DNA from: an uncultured bacterium
GTDB lineage: Bacteria > Chloroflexota > UBA5177 > JANWHV01
Reading direction: 5' to 3'
Length of the DNA stretch: 64,000 nt
Assembly: GCA_963729625.1 (NCBI GenBank)
Contig: CAVSOU010000007.1
Coordinates: 64,001-128,000 of the forward strand
Under the pieces are notes generated by a model that was given only the letters and a program-made list of their open reading frames with translations, was not told the DNA's origin and did no database searches. This document shows, one piece after another, positions 34,760-43,800 of the stretch. Within the stretch, counting starts at the first letter, position 1. Each line of letters starts with the position of its first letter. The translations under genes were made by a program, and so were the position numbers.

Positions 34760-36100
34760 CTAGGAGTCCAGTATACGCAACGTCAGACCCGTCGCAGGCT
34801 TGGGATAGAAGTACGTCGACTTCTGCGGCATCACCGCGCCCGCCCGTGCAACGTTAAGCAGTTGGCTGACCGGCGTGGCCGCGAGCAGCACGGCGACCTG
34901 TTCCTCGCCGTGAGCAACTGCAAGGCCTGCCCTGCGAATGTCGCGCGTGTAGGTCAGGAACGTCTGCCGCTCCAACTGAATGGACGTAATTCCCAGGCAC
35001 TTCTCCAGGATCAATGATTGGACCAGCCAAGCGTCGAGAGCCGCCAGTTCAGGCGCCGGCGGAGTTCCTGCCAACGCGAGGTCGCGTGGTGTAATAACCA
35101 GAATGCGCCCAGCCTCGACACCCACCAGCGCGAAACGGTTTGCAGGCTCGCCCACACTCGGCGGGGCCAGCAGCGGCTCGACAACCGCCGCCAAGTCGTC
35201 CAGGGCGGGCGGAGCATCAATCCTTGTGATGGTGAAGTAGCGTTCCAGTATCGACGGAAGTTGCTCCAGCTGACTGGGTGTCAACCCATGGATGAGGCGA
35301 TGCGTTGGAAGAATCACCAGCCCAGGGTCATCGACAGCCGTCAACACCATCATCACGAAATCACGCGGCCCGACGTCGCGCGGCCCGGTGCCTAGCAACG
35401 CCTCGTCTCGATAGGCCAGCGCCGTCTCATACCGGTGATGGCCGTCCGCAATGAACAATGGATGTTCCACGAGCGCGCGGCGGATCGCATCGACCGCCGA
35501 ACGCGCGCTTATCGGGGCTACGGCGTGAGTTACGCCCTCGTCATCTTCTGCCAGATCTTCGGTGAGCAGCTCGGCCGAAATTGCCGCTTGCACGGCATGA
35601 TCCACGTGGCGGCCATAGTCTTCGTACAACGCCCAAATAGGGCTGACATTGGCGTTCAGGGCGCGAAGCAGCGCAAGTCGCTCGGCACGTGGCGCGGCGA
35701 GCGTCCGCTCGTGCGGGAGAATGCTGCCGCTGCTCCATGAGGACAGGCGAACATTCGCAAGCAAACTCTTGCGCTCGTAGCTCTGCCCCCCGTAACGGAA
35801 TGACTGGCGGTAGAGGTAAAATGCTGGCTCTGAATCCTTCTGCAGAATGGCCTCATCCTTCCACTGCTGCAAGATGGTGTGAGCTCGTGCATGGCGAACC
35901 GACTCACCGGCGCGACCTTCAGGGTCGCCTGGCTCGGAGGCCGTCAATTCCAGTCGCACGACATTGAACGGGCTTCGCTCATAAAGCGATCGTTGTTGTT
36001 CAGGCGAAATCACGTCGTACGGCGGCGCAATCAGCGTCGCAATGGGCCCCGCACGCTCGGTATCGTAGCGCCAAGCCCGAAATGGTCGGATTTCCGGCAT
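34760..36100 (-). CDS. DUF1015 family protein
   Basis: IRPF, APPYDVI, PHERT, IADGHHRYE and MPQKSTYFYPK. Confidence 0.93.
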   Translation of the reverse strand: MPEIRPFRAWRYDTERAGPIATLIAPPYDVISPEQQRSLYERSPFNVVRLELTASEPGDPEGRAGESVRHARAHTILQQWKDEAILQKDSEPAFYLYRQSFRYGGQSYERKSLLANVRLSSWSSGSILPHERTLAAPRAERLALLRALNANVSPIWALYEDYGRHVDHAVQAAISAELLTEDLAEDDEGVTHAVAPISARSAVDAIRRALVEHPLFIADGHHRYETALAYRDEALLGTGPRDVGPRDFVMMVLTAVDDPGLVILPTHRLIHGLTPSQLEQLPSILERYFTITRIDAPPALDDLAAVVEPLLAPPSVGEPANRFALVGVEAGRILVITPRDLALAGTPPAPELAALDAWLVQSLILEKCLGITSIQLERQTFLTYTRDIRRAGLAVAHGEEQVAVLLAATPVSQLLNVARAGAVMPQKSTYFYPKPATGLTLRILDS

Positions 36101-36203
36101 AGTCCCCCCGCGGCCCGAACATCGCATAGATTACATTCAGCCAGTACGGCATTACTGTACCAGTGCGGAGGACGATCTGGCGAGGGAAGCCCCTCGAGCA
36201 TCG

Positions 36204-36587
36204 CTATGAGGCGAGCAGGTCGCTTACAACCTTCACGAAGCTCTGAATATGGAACGGCTTCACGACCAGTGCAGTCAGCGGATCGCCGCTTAAGTCCCGG
36301 CGCGCGCCCAGCTCGAATACCGCGGCCGTACACACGACAATCGGCGTGCTCGTGGAGCCCGGCTCAGATCGCACCGCATCGAGTACCTGCAATCCGTCGC
36401 CGTCCGAAAGCATGACGTCAAGAACGATCAGGCGAAGCGGCTGTGATCGCACTACCCGCAGCGCGCTCTCCACTGAATCCGCAACAATCGTGTTGAACCC
36501 GATGTCGCGCAGTACATCGCCGAGGAGGTCGACGCACCCCTGGTCGTCCTCGACGATCAGGATGTCCAATGGAACCCCATCGCTCAT
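36204..36587 (-). CDS. Single-domain response regulator (receiver)
   Basis: ILIVEDD, LDVML, CTA and KPF; AGGAGG RBS. Confidence 0.88.
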   Translation of the reverse strand: MSDGVPLDILIVEDDQGCVDLLGDVLRDIGFNTIVADSVESALRVVRSQPLRLIVLDVMLSDGDGLQVLDAVRSEPGSTSTPIVVCTAAVFELGARRDLSGDPLTALVVKPFHIQSFVKVVSDLLAS

Positions 36588-36804
36588 GAATCCTCCTGGG
36601 CCTTGTGCATGGCCCTTAGCTAACCTCATCCTAGTGCATGTCGCCGCGGCGCGCATTCCCGGAAGGCGTAAGGCCCGATAGAGTGACTTCCTCGGTGCAT
36701 GCCTTCCTATCGACAGCGCATAGGACGGGCGAAGCACCGGAACACCTAATCATCGCGACGGCTACGATCAAGATTGAAATTGAGCGTAAAGGGGCCATGC
36801 GAAG

Positions 36805-39435
36805 ATGACGGCGGAATACGAACGGCTCAACTCAGGTGGTGATGGCTGGAAGCGCTGGGGACCGTACCTGAGCGAGCGCGCATGGGGCACGGTTCGAGAA
36901 GATTATAGCGCCGACGGTGAAGCGTGGACCTATTTGCCTCACGATGCCGCAAGATCTCGCACGTACCGGTGGAATGAAGACGGTCTTGCCGGGGTCTGTG
37001 ATGACTGTCAGCGTCTATGCCTTGCCATCGCCCTCTGGAACACGCGCGATCCCATCCTCAAGGAGCGCCTGTTCGGACTTGCCGGCCCGGAGGGAAACCA
37101 TGGTGAGGATGTTAAGGAAGTCTATTACTACCTCGACAGCACGCCGACCCACAGTTACATGCGCATGTTGTACCGATACCCGCAGAGCGCATTCCCCTAC
37201 GCAATGCTTGTCGATGAGAATCGCCGCCGGACCCGAGACGATCCCGAGTTCGAGCTGATCGATACCGGCGTATTCGAGGACAACCGCTATTTCGATGTGC
37301 TAGTCGAGTACGCCAAGGCGGCACCGGAAGACGTGCTCCTCCGCATCACAATCGTCAACCAGGGCGCCGAAACAGCGCCGATTGTCGTACTGCCCACGCT
37401 CTGGTTCCGGAATACGTGGTCGTGGCGGGACACGCAGCGACCAGCGTTGCGCGCGGCCGACGAGCGAGGTACCCCGATCATCTGCGTCGATCACCCGGAC
37501 CTCGGCCCGCTGGTCCTCTGGACGGAGGGTAGTGGTGAGCTCATCTTCACAGAGAACGATACTAACCATGCTCGCCTCGACGGCACGCCCAACACCGCGC
37601 CGTTCGTCAAGGACGCGTTTCATGCGTATGTCGTCGACGGGCGGGAGGACGCAGCCAACCCGTCGCGAATCGGAACAAAGGCCGCAGCCGTCTACAAGGA
37701 CACCATCGCACCTGGTGCGTCGATGACCCTGCGGTTGAGACTCTCCCGACGCGACATCGAGCCGTTCTCCGGCTTCGACGATCTCATGGCTCTTCGAAAG
37801 CGGGAAGCCGACGAGTTTTACGCGGACCTGTTGCGCGACGTCCAGGATGCCGAGCTCCGAGGGATCGCCCGCCAAGCATATGGCGGCATGCTGTGGAGCA
37901 AGCAATACTACCACTACGATGTCAAGGTCTGGCTCGACGGCGATCCCGCGCAGCCTTCGCCACCGCCCGAGCGAGCGAACGGAAGGAACCACAAGTGGCT
38001 TCACCTGGCGAATGCCAATGTCTTATCGATGCCCGATACCTGGGAGTACCCATGGTATGCCGCTTGGGACCTCGCCTTCAATTGCGTCGCGCTGGCGCGA
38101 ATCGATCCGGACTTTGCCAAGGCGCAGGTAGAGCTACTTACGCGCGAGTGGTTTCAGCATCCGAATGGTCAGCTACCTGCGTATGAGTGGTCATTCGACG
38201 ACGTAAATCCGCCAGTCCTCGCCTGGGCAGCACTCCGCGTCTATGATATCGAGCGGCAGCTTCGCGGTAGCGCGGACCACGCATTCCTCAAGCGCGTGTT
38301 CCACAAACTGCTGTTGGATTTCACGTGGTGGGTCAACCGTGAAGATTCCGAAGGCAACAACATCTTCCAGGGCGGCTTCCTCGGACTTGACAATATCGGC
38401 GTCTTTGACCGAAGCAAGCCGCTGCCGACCGGCGGTTTCATTGAGCAGAGCGACGGAACGAGCTGGATGGGGATGTACTGCTTGAACATGCTGTCGATTT
38501 GTCTCGCGCTTGCTCGCGAAGATTCCACGTACGAGGATATCGCCGGCAAGTTCTTCGATCACTTCCTGTTCATTGCTGGCGCGATGCACAACATCGGTGG
38601 ACGGGGCATTCAATTATGGGACGAAGACGATGGGTTCTACTACGACATGCTGCATCTTCCAGACGGCAGCCATATCCCCCTGAAAGTGAGGTCGTGTGTT
38701 GGCCTTATTCCCCTCTTTGCCGTCGTACTGATCGATCCTCCTACGCTTGCCGCCCTGCCCCGATTCGCCGAGCGTATCCAGTGGTTTCTTTCGCTCCGGC
38801 CTGAGCTCGCGGCATTGATATCCCGATGGCAAGTGCCGGGAGAAGGCGACCTACGCCAATTGGCGCTCGTGCGCGGGCATCGCCTGAAATGTCTGCTCAA
38901 GTATGCGCTGGACCCGGAAGAGTTTCTGAGCGACCACGGCGTGCGAAGCTTGAGCAGATTCCATCTGCAACACCCATTCAGCGTGCCTGTCGAAGGATCG
39001 ACGTACACAGTCGCCTACGAGCCGGCGGAGTCGCGCAGCGGGACGTTTGGCGGCAACTCGAACTGGCGCGGCCCCGTGTGGTTTCCCATCAATTACTTGC
39101 TCATCGACGCGTTGCGTCGATTTCATGGCTACTATGGCGACGAGTTTCTCGTGGAATGCCCGACCGGCTCTGGTAAGAACATGACGCTGCTACAGGTCGC
39201 CGACTTCCTCGCGGACCGAGTGATCGCGCTCTTTCGACGAGATAGTACGGGAAACCGTCCTTTCAACGGGAGCAGACTCCTCCTGCAGCAAGACGAGCGC
39301 TGGCGCGATCTCCTGCTTTTTCACGAGTACTTTCATGCTGAGACCGGTCAGGGCCTGGGCGCCAGCCACCAGACGGGCTGGACCGGCCTGGTTGCCAACA
39401 TCATTCTGTCTATGGCCTCGGGCTCATGGCTCTAA
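36805..39435 (+). CDS. GH63-like (MGH1 type) glucosidase
   Basis: WGPYLSERAWGTVREDYS, WEYPWYAAWD, LGLDNI, NWRGPVW and GASHQTGWT. Confidence 0.92.
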   Translation: MTAEYERLNSGGDGWKRWGPYLSERAWGTVREDYSADGEAWTYLPHDAARSRTYRWNEDGLAGVCDDCQRLCLAIALWNTRDPILKERLFGLAGPEGNHGEDVKEVYYYLDSTPTHSYMRMLYRYPQSAFPYAMLVDENRRRTRDDPEFELIDTGVFEDNRYFDVLVEYAKAAPEDVLLRITIVNQGAETAPIVVLPTLWFRNTWSWRDTQRPALRAADERGTPIICVDHPDLGPLVLWTEGSGELIFTENDTNHARLDGTPNTAPFVKDAFHAYVVDGREDAANPSRIGTKAAAVYKDTIAPGASMTLRLRLSRRDIEPFSGFDDLMALRKREADEFYADLLRDVQDAELRGIARQAYGGMLWSKQYYHYDVKVWLDGDPAQPSPPPERANGRNHKWLHLANANVLSMPDTWEYPWYAAWDLAFNCVALARIDPDFAKAQVELLTREWFQHPNGQLPAYEWSFDDVNPPVLAWAALRVYDIERQLRGSADHAFLKRVFHKLLLDFTWWVNREDSEGNNIFQGGFLGLDNIGVFDRSKPLPTGGFIEQSDGTSWMGMYCLNMLSICLALAREDSTYEDIAGKFFDHFLFIAGAMHNIGGRGIQLWDEDDGFYYDMLHLPDGSHIPLKVRSCVGLIPLFAVVLIDPPTLAALPRFAERIQWFLSLRPELAALISRWQVPGEGDLRQLALVRGHRLKCLLKYALDPEEFLSDHGVRSLSRFHLQHPFSVPVEGSTYTVAYEPAESRSGTFGGNSNWRGPVWFPINYLLIDALRRFHGYYGDEFLVECPTGSGKNMTLLQVADFLADRVIALFRRDSTGNRPFNGSRLLLQQDERWRDLLLFHEYFHAETGQGLGASHQTGWTGLVANIILSMASGSWL

Positions 39436-39659
39436 ATGCATCCCGATGCTGCCTGTGGGGCTAGTGGGGACCGACGTGCGCTTGCTGTCGGGGCTGTGTC
39501 AAGCCTCTTGTGGCCACTTCGTACCAGGACGCGAGCATGGCGGACTGGATCGCGATCCAGCACCTTGCCTGTCGCAAGCCAGTCCGGGCCGTCAACTGCG
39601 TGCAGGCTGTCCGTCGATGGCCGGGTTTGCGTGCTCGCCTGCGATGCGCGATACATTGA

Positions 39660-40970
39660 ATGAGCACCCACGGCCGAAGGGGTAGCGCTCCGCGCCGCGC
39701 AGAACACGCCGGCCGCGCGCCACAGGAGAGATCGGAATCGCCCTTGCTGACGCAGCATCTCTTGCTTGAGCTTGCCGTCATTCTGGTCGTGGTGCAGGTC
39801 TGCGGCTATTTGTGCGGACTGATCGGGCAGCCATGGGTGATCGGCGAGGTGATCGCGGGCATTGTTCTCGGCCCGAGCGTGTTCGGAGCCCTGTGTTCCA
39901 GCCTCAGCGCACAGGTGTTTCCTCGTGATGTTTTGCCAACGTTGCAATCGCTAGGCGACCTGGGTCTGGTGCTCTACATGTTCACGGTCGGCGTGAGTTT
40001 GGATAGAGATCATCTCCTTCGTCAGAGCCGGCGAGCAGCCGTGCTATCCGCGTGCAGTATCGGGATGCCGATGGCCGTTGGCGCGACGCTAGCCTTCGTG
40101 CTCTACGCGCGGGCTGGTTACGCAGGCCCACATGCCACCAACCGGGGAACCTTCATGCTGCTGGTGGGTACGGCAATGGCGATAACCGCCTTCCCGGTCC
40201 TGACGCGCATCCTGGTCGATAGAGGGATGACGGGCTCCAGGATCGGCATGCTGGCGCTGACATGCGCCGCTGCCGGAGACGTTCTGGCCTGGTGTCTGCT
40301 GGCGTTGGTCGTCGCACTGGCGAACTCCGTGGGCGTCCCCACGGCAGGCATGCAAGTCCTGGAAACGCTCGTCTTCCTTGGAGTACTGGTTGTCGCCGTT
40401 CGCCCCTTGGGGGCATGGGCAGTACAGCAATTGTCCTCCCCGCGTCTGCAGCTGGTGCTGATCGTCACCTTGCTCTGGCTGGCGGCGGAGACCACCTCGG
40501 TTATCGGGATACACCCGGTCTTCGGCGCCTTCCTGATGGGCGTGGTGACGCCACGGTCGACGGCGATAACCGAATTCGCCCGGAACATCGACTCCGTCAA
40601 CTCGGTCATCTTCCTGCCCTTGTTCTTCATCTTCAGTGGGTTGCAGACAAGTATCGGGCTGATCGATTCACCGGAGTTGTGGATAGTCTGCTTGACGGTA
40701 CTCTGTGCAGCGGTGGCGGGCAAATTGCTGTGCTGTGCTCTGGCTATGCGCGCAACCGGCGCGAATTGGCGAGACTCTATGACGCTTGGCGTGCTGATGA
40801 ACACACGCGGCCTGGTCGAGCTGATCGTGCTGAACATCGGCTTGGCCGACGGCATTATCTCGCCGCGTTTCTTCAGCATGTTGGTGATCATGGCTCTGGG
40901 CACGACCATGATGACGTCGCCACTCTTGGATCTCCTTGGACACAGGGCCGTGAGCGAGCGGGCAGCGTGA
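39660..40970 (+). CDS. Cation:proton antiporter (CPA2)
   Basis: QPWVIGEVIAGIVLGPS, ITAFPVLTRIL, FLPLFF and LMNTRGLVELI. Confidence 0.93.
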   Translation: MSTHGRRGSAPRRAEHAGRAPQERSESPLLTQHLLLELAVILVVVQVCGYLCGLIGQPWVIGEVIAGIVLGPSVFGALCSSLSAQVFPRDVLPTLQSLGDLGLVLYMFTVGVSLDRDHLLRQSRRAAVLSACSIGMPMAVGATLAFVLYARAGYAGPHATNRGTFMLLVGTAMAITAFPVLTRILVDRGMTGSRIGMLALTCAAAGDVLAWCLLALVVALANSVGVPTAGMQVLETLVFLGVLVVAVRPLGAWAVQQLSSPRLQLVLIVTLLWLAAETTSVIGIHPVFGAFLMGVVTPRSTAITEFARNIDSVNSVIFLPLFFIFSGLQTSIGLIDSPELWIVCLTVLCAAVAGKLLCCALAMRATGANWRDSMTLGVLMNTRGLVELIVLNIGLADGIISPRFFSMLVIMALGTTMMTSPLLDLLGHRAVSERAA

Positions 40971-41264
40971 TGGTCACCCGCACCCGCGAAGGGATCGCCG
41001 GCGATGGCTCGAGCGCTGCAAGCTCGATACCTCGCGGTAGTCACTTCCTTTCTGCGCTCGCGGGCGTTGGTCGGGCCGTGGCGAAGCGACCAGTCGCTCG
41101 CGACAAGCCAACTCGGGACACCGCCTCTGGGATCGCCCGAATTCGTGCGACCTCGATGCTTGCCCGCGACACGTGCCAACGCAGAGCAGGCTGCATGGGA
41201 CGCGTGGTCGGAGCGTCAACGATTTACTACGGCGGGCGTTACACCAAACGGCCAAGAATGGTTC

Positions 41265-41293
41265 TGTAACCTCGTCCGTAGTGAACTCTGTTG
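41265..41293 (+). promoter_or_regulatory. Candidate ECF sigma-dependent promoter
   Basis: TGTAAC-N17-CTGTTG about 60 nt upstream of the cupredoxin ATG; resembles the AAC/(C)GT ECF consensus. Confidence 0.45.
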
Positions 41294-41353
41294 CCGCCGA
41301 TGTGACTTCGCCGGCAGGAAGGTAACAGTTAGCAATTGAGGAGGTTCGCCTGC

Positions 41354-42169
41354 ATGTCTCGAATACTTGGCTTGATTACCACCGTGGCAACTCTGGGCGC
41401 TCTCGCGATCAGCGTCGCGGCCTACCAGGGAGCCCTGGCTGCCACGCCGTCGGCCACCGCGCACGCTGCTGCTAGCGTTGCCATACAGGGCTTCGCCTTT
41501 GACCCGGTGACGTTGAAAGTGCCAGTGGGCACGACGGTAACCTGGACCAACAAGGATAGCGTCGCGCACACGGTCGTCAGCGACACCGGAGCTTGGCCAG
41601 ATTCAAGTCCGATCGACACCAACAAGACATTCTCGTTCACGTTTACCAAGCCAGGGACGTACAACTATCACTGCTCCATCCATCCATCTATGACGGCTGC
41701 GATCGTCGTGAGCGCGTCCGGCGTCGCGCCAACGGGCACCGGCCAGCAGCCGTCCGCCACGATGATGGCGATGGGCAAGGCAACCATGAGGTCGCTCAAT
41801 ACGTGGACAGGCTATTATGATGGAAAGGCCTCAACCTACGTCGTGACCGACACGTCGAGCAAGGCGGAAGCCGCTCAAGACCACATCAACTACTCGGCCA
41901 GCCTCGGCAAGACGCTCGCGGACAGCAGCCTGATCTATTTCGCCACGAACGGGACCTTCGCCGGCTATGGCGCTGTGTTCGGCACGGCCCCGGGGGAAAG
42001 CGACTACACGCCGATCTTTCAGAAGGTTTTGGTCACCTGGAAGGATCCCGCTAAAGCCGCAGCCCTGACCTCTGACAATCAGATCAACAGCCTAGCGTCC
42101 AAAGGACTGGTCTCACTGAACAGGACCGGCATCGTGCTCGACGCGCCGTACGTGTTCCCGGCGCACTGA
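41354..42169 (+). CDS. Secreted cupredoxin (amicyanin/plastocyanin-like) fused to an uncharacterised C-terminal domain
   Basis: Signal peptide, WTNKDSVAHTV and YHCSIHPSM type-1 copper site; GAGGAGG RBS. Confidence 0.9.
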   Translation: MSRILGLITTVATLGALAISVAAYQGALAATPSATAHAAASVAIQGFAFDPVTLKVPVGTTVTWTNKDSVAHTVVSDTGAWPDSSPIDTNKTFSFTFTKPGTYNYHCSIHPSMTAAIVVSASGVAPTGTGQQPSATMMAMGKATMRSLNTWTGYYDGKASTYVVTDTSSKAEAAQDHINYSASLGKTLADSSLIYFATNGTFAGYGAVFGTAPGESDYTPIFQKVLVTWKDPAKAAALTSDNQINSLASKGLVSLNRTGIVLDAPYVFPAH

Positions 42170-42323
42170 GCGAGCATCTGCGGTCGTCCTTGAGGGGCGC
42201 CGACGCCGGCGCCCTTCGCAGGCCGTCACATGCCGGCAGCACCACGGGACGGCCGGTTACTCCGGCCCACTGGGTGTACGGGATACGTCGACGAATTCTG
42301 GCACGACACTTTCGGAGGGGTCC

Positions 42324-42860
42324 ATGGGGTGGGAGGCGCCGGAACAGCAGCGCGTATCGCTGGATGGCGATGCCTTATACCGCGCGAACGTTCGGCCAGT
42401 CTATGGGTTCGTATACAGTAAGGTCGGAAACCGCGAGGCCGCGGAGGACCTCACGAGCGAGGTATTCGTGCGTGCTCTGGCCCACGTCGATCCGGACCGA
42501 GATGAACGCAGCGTCGTCGCCTGGCTGTTCCGGGTGGCACGAAACCTGGTCAATGACTATTGGCGAGCAGGGTACTCTGCACACGTCATCGATATCGACC
42601 AGATGCGCAATCTGCGAAGCCCGACCGTGTCTCCGGACATGGGCCGACAGGCTCAGGCTGCGCGGCGAGCTACCAGACTGCTGGAGATGCTGCCTGACAA
42701 CTATCGAGCAGTATTGCAATATCGACTGCTCGAGGGTCTCAGCGTCGCGGAGACCGCCGAGAAGATGGCAACGTCCCCTGCCAACGTCAAAGTGCTGCAA
42801 CACCGCGCGCTGAAGCGGGCTGCTGAGCTTCGAGAGAGCGATGATTCCAATGGAAGATGA
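42324..42860 (+). CDS. ECF RNA polymerase sigma factor
   Basis: AEDLTSEVF, WLFRVARN, LPDNYRAVL and VKVLQHRAL; GGAGG RBS. Confidence 0.93.
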   Translation: MGWEAPEQQRVSLDGDALYRANVRPVYGFVYSKVGNREAAEDLTSEVFVRALAHVDPDRDERSVVAWLFRVARNLVNDYWRAGYSAHVIDIDQMRNLRSPTVSPDMGRQAQAARRATRLLEMLPDNYRAVLQYRLLEGLSVAETAEKMATSPANVKVLQHRALKRAAELRESDDSNGR

Positions 42861-43611
42861 AGTGGACCGGCTGTCAAGCGTCATCGACGATTTGGTGGCT
42901 GAGCACGATCCCTCCGCTCGCAAAGAACTCTCTGTGCAAGAGGCGGAGCTCGCCGCAACTGCGGCCATGCTGCGCGCGGCGGTCGAGAATCGGCTTGAGC
43001 CGACCGAGGAGTTTGTCGATTCGCTGGCGCGGCGGTTAGCGTCCGGCGAGGAGAACGCGCTCGCGCGGGGGGAATCTCGTGGGCGGACCGGCATCTCCCG
43101 GAGGTCGGCGCTCCGGCGCGTGGCAGCAGCCGTGGCCGGCCTTGCCGCGGGCGGCGTCGGCATTGGCGCCCTCTATGAGAAGGGGAAATCCGACGGTGGC
43201 CACGAGGAAGTAGCTAGCGCGCTCACGGCCCCGATGGTGCCGCAGGACCGCGGAACCTGGCAGACTGTCGGTTACACGATCTCGAGTGTTCCTGCCGGAT
43301 CCGCGGTGCGGTTCAGAGCGGGCGCTCTGGAAGGATTTGTGGTCAACCCAGGTCAAGGCGGGCCGCCCTATGCCCTATCGGCGGTGTGCACGCATATGGG
43401 TTGTATGCTCAGTTGGTTGAAAGATGCGGGCACGTTCCTCTGTCCATGCCATGGCGCGCAGTACGATGGCAATGGGGCGGTACTCTCCGGCATCGCTCGC
43501 CACCCCTTGCCGCGACTGCAGATCAACGTAGATGACGGTGGCGAAATATACGTCTGGACCGTGGGGGAGCTCCCCGCGAACACTACGATCGCCCCATATA
43601 GCCACGCGTAA
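42850..43611 (+). CDS. Putative anti-sigma factor with TM helix and Rieske [2Fe-2S] domain
   Basis: Overlaps the sigma stop; helical N-terminus, SRRSAL plus hydrophobic helix, CTHMGC and CPCHG boxes. Confidence 0.82.
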   Translation: MEDEVDRLSSVIDDLVAEHDPSARKELSVQEAELAATAAMLRAAVENRLEPTEEFVDSLARRLASGEENALARGESRGRTGISRRSALRRVAAAVAGLAAGGVGIGALYEKGKSDGGHEEVASALTAPMVPQDRGTWQTVGYTISSVPAGSAVRFRAGALEGFVVNPGQGGPPYALSAVCTHMGCMLSWLKDAGTFLCPCHGAQYDGNGAVLSGIARHPLPRLQINVDDGGEIYVWTVGELPANTTIAPYSHA

Positions 43612-43800
43612 TCGCCGCGATCTGCAGGATGGGACGGCCCGGTCCACCGGCCGGCCGGCCGGATCCGCCTCATCGTGCTATTGAGCGGGACCCGCTGGGC
43701 GACGACAATAGTGTCTCGGCGCCGATTGCCGGCGACCACCGCCGCGCTGGAGCAGTCGATGCGCGGTATTCTCCGCCTGGCCATGGCAAGGGGGATGTAG

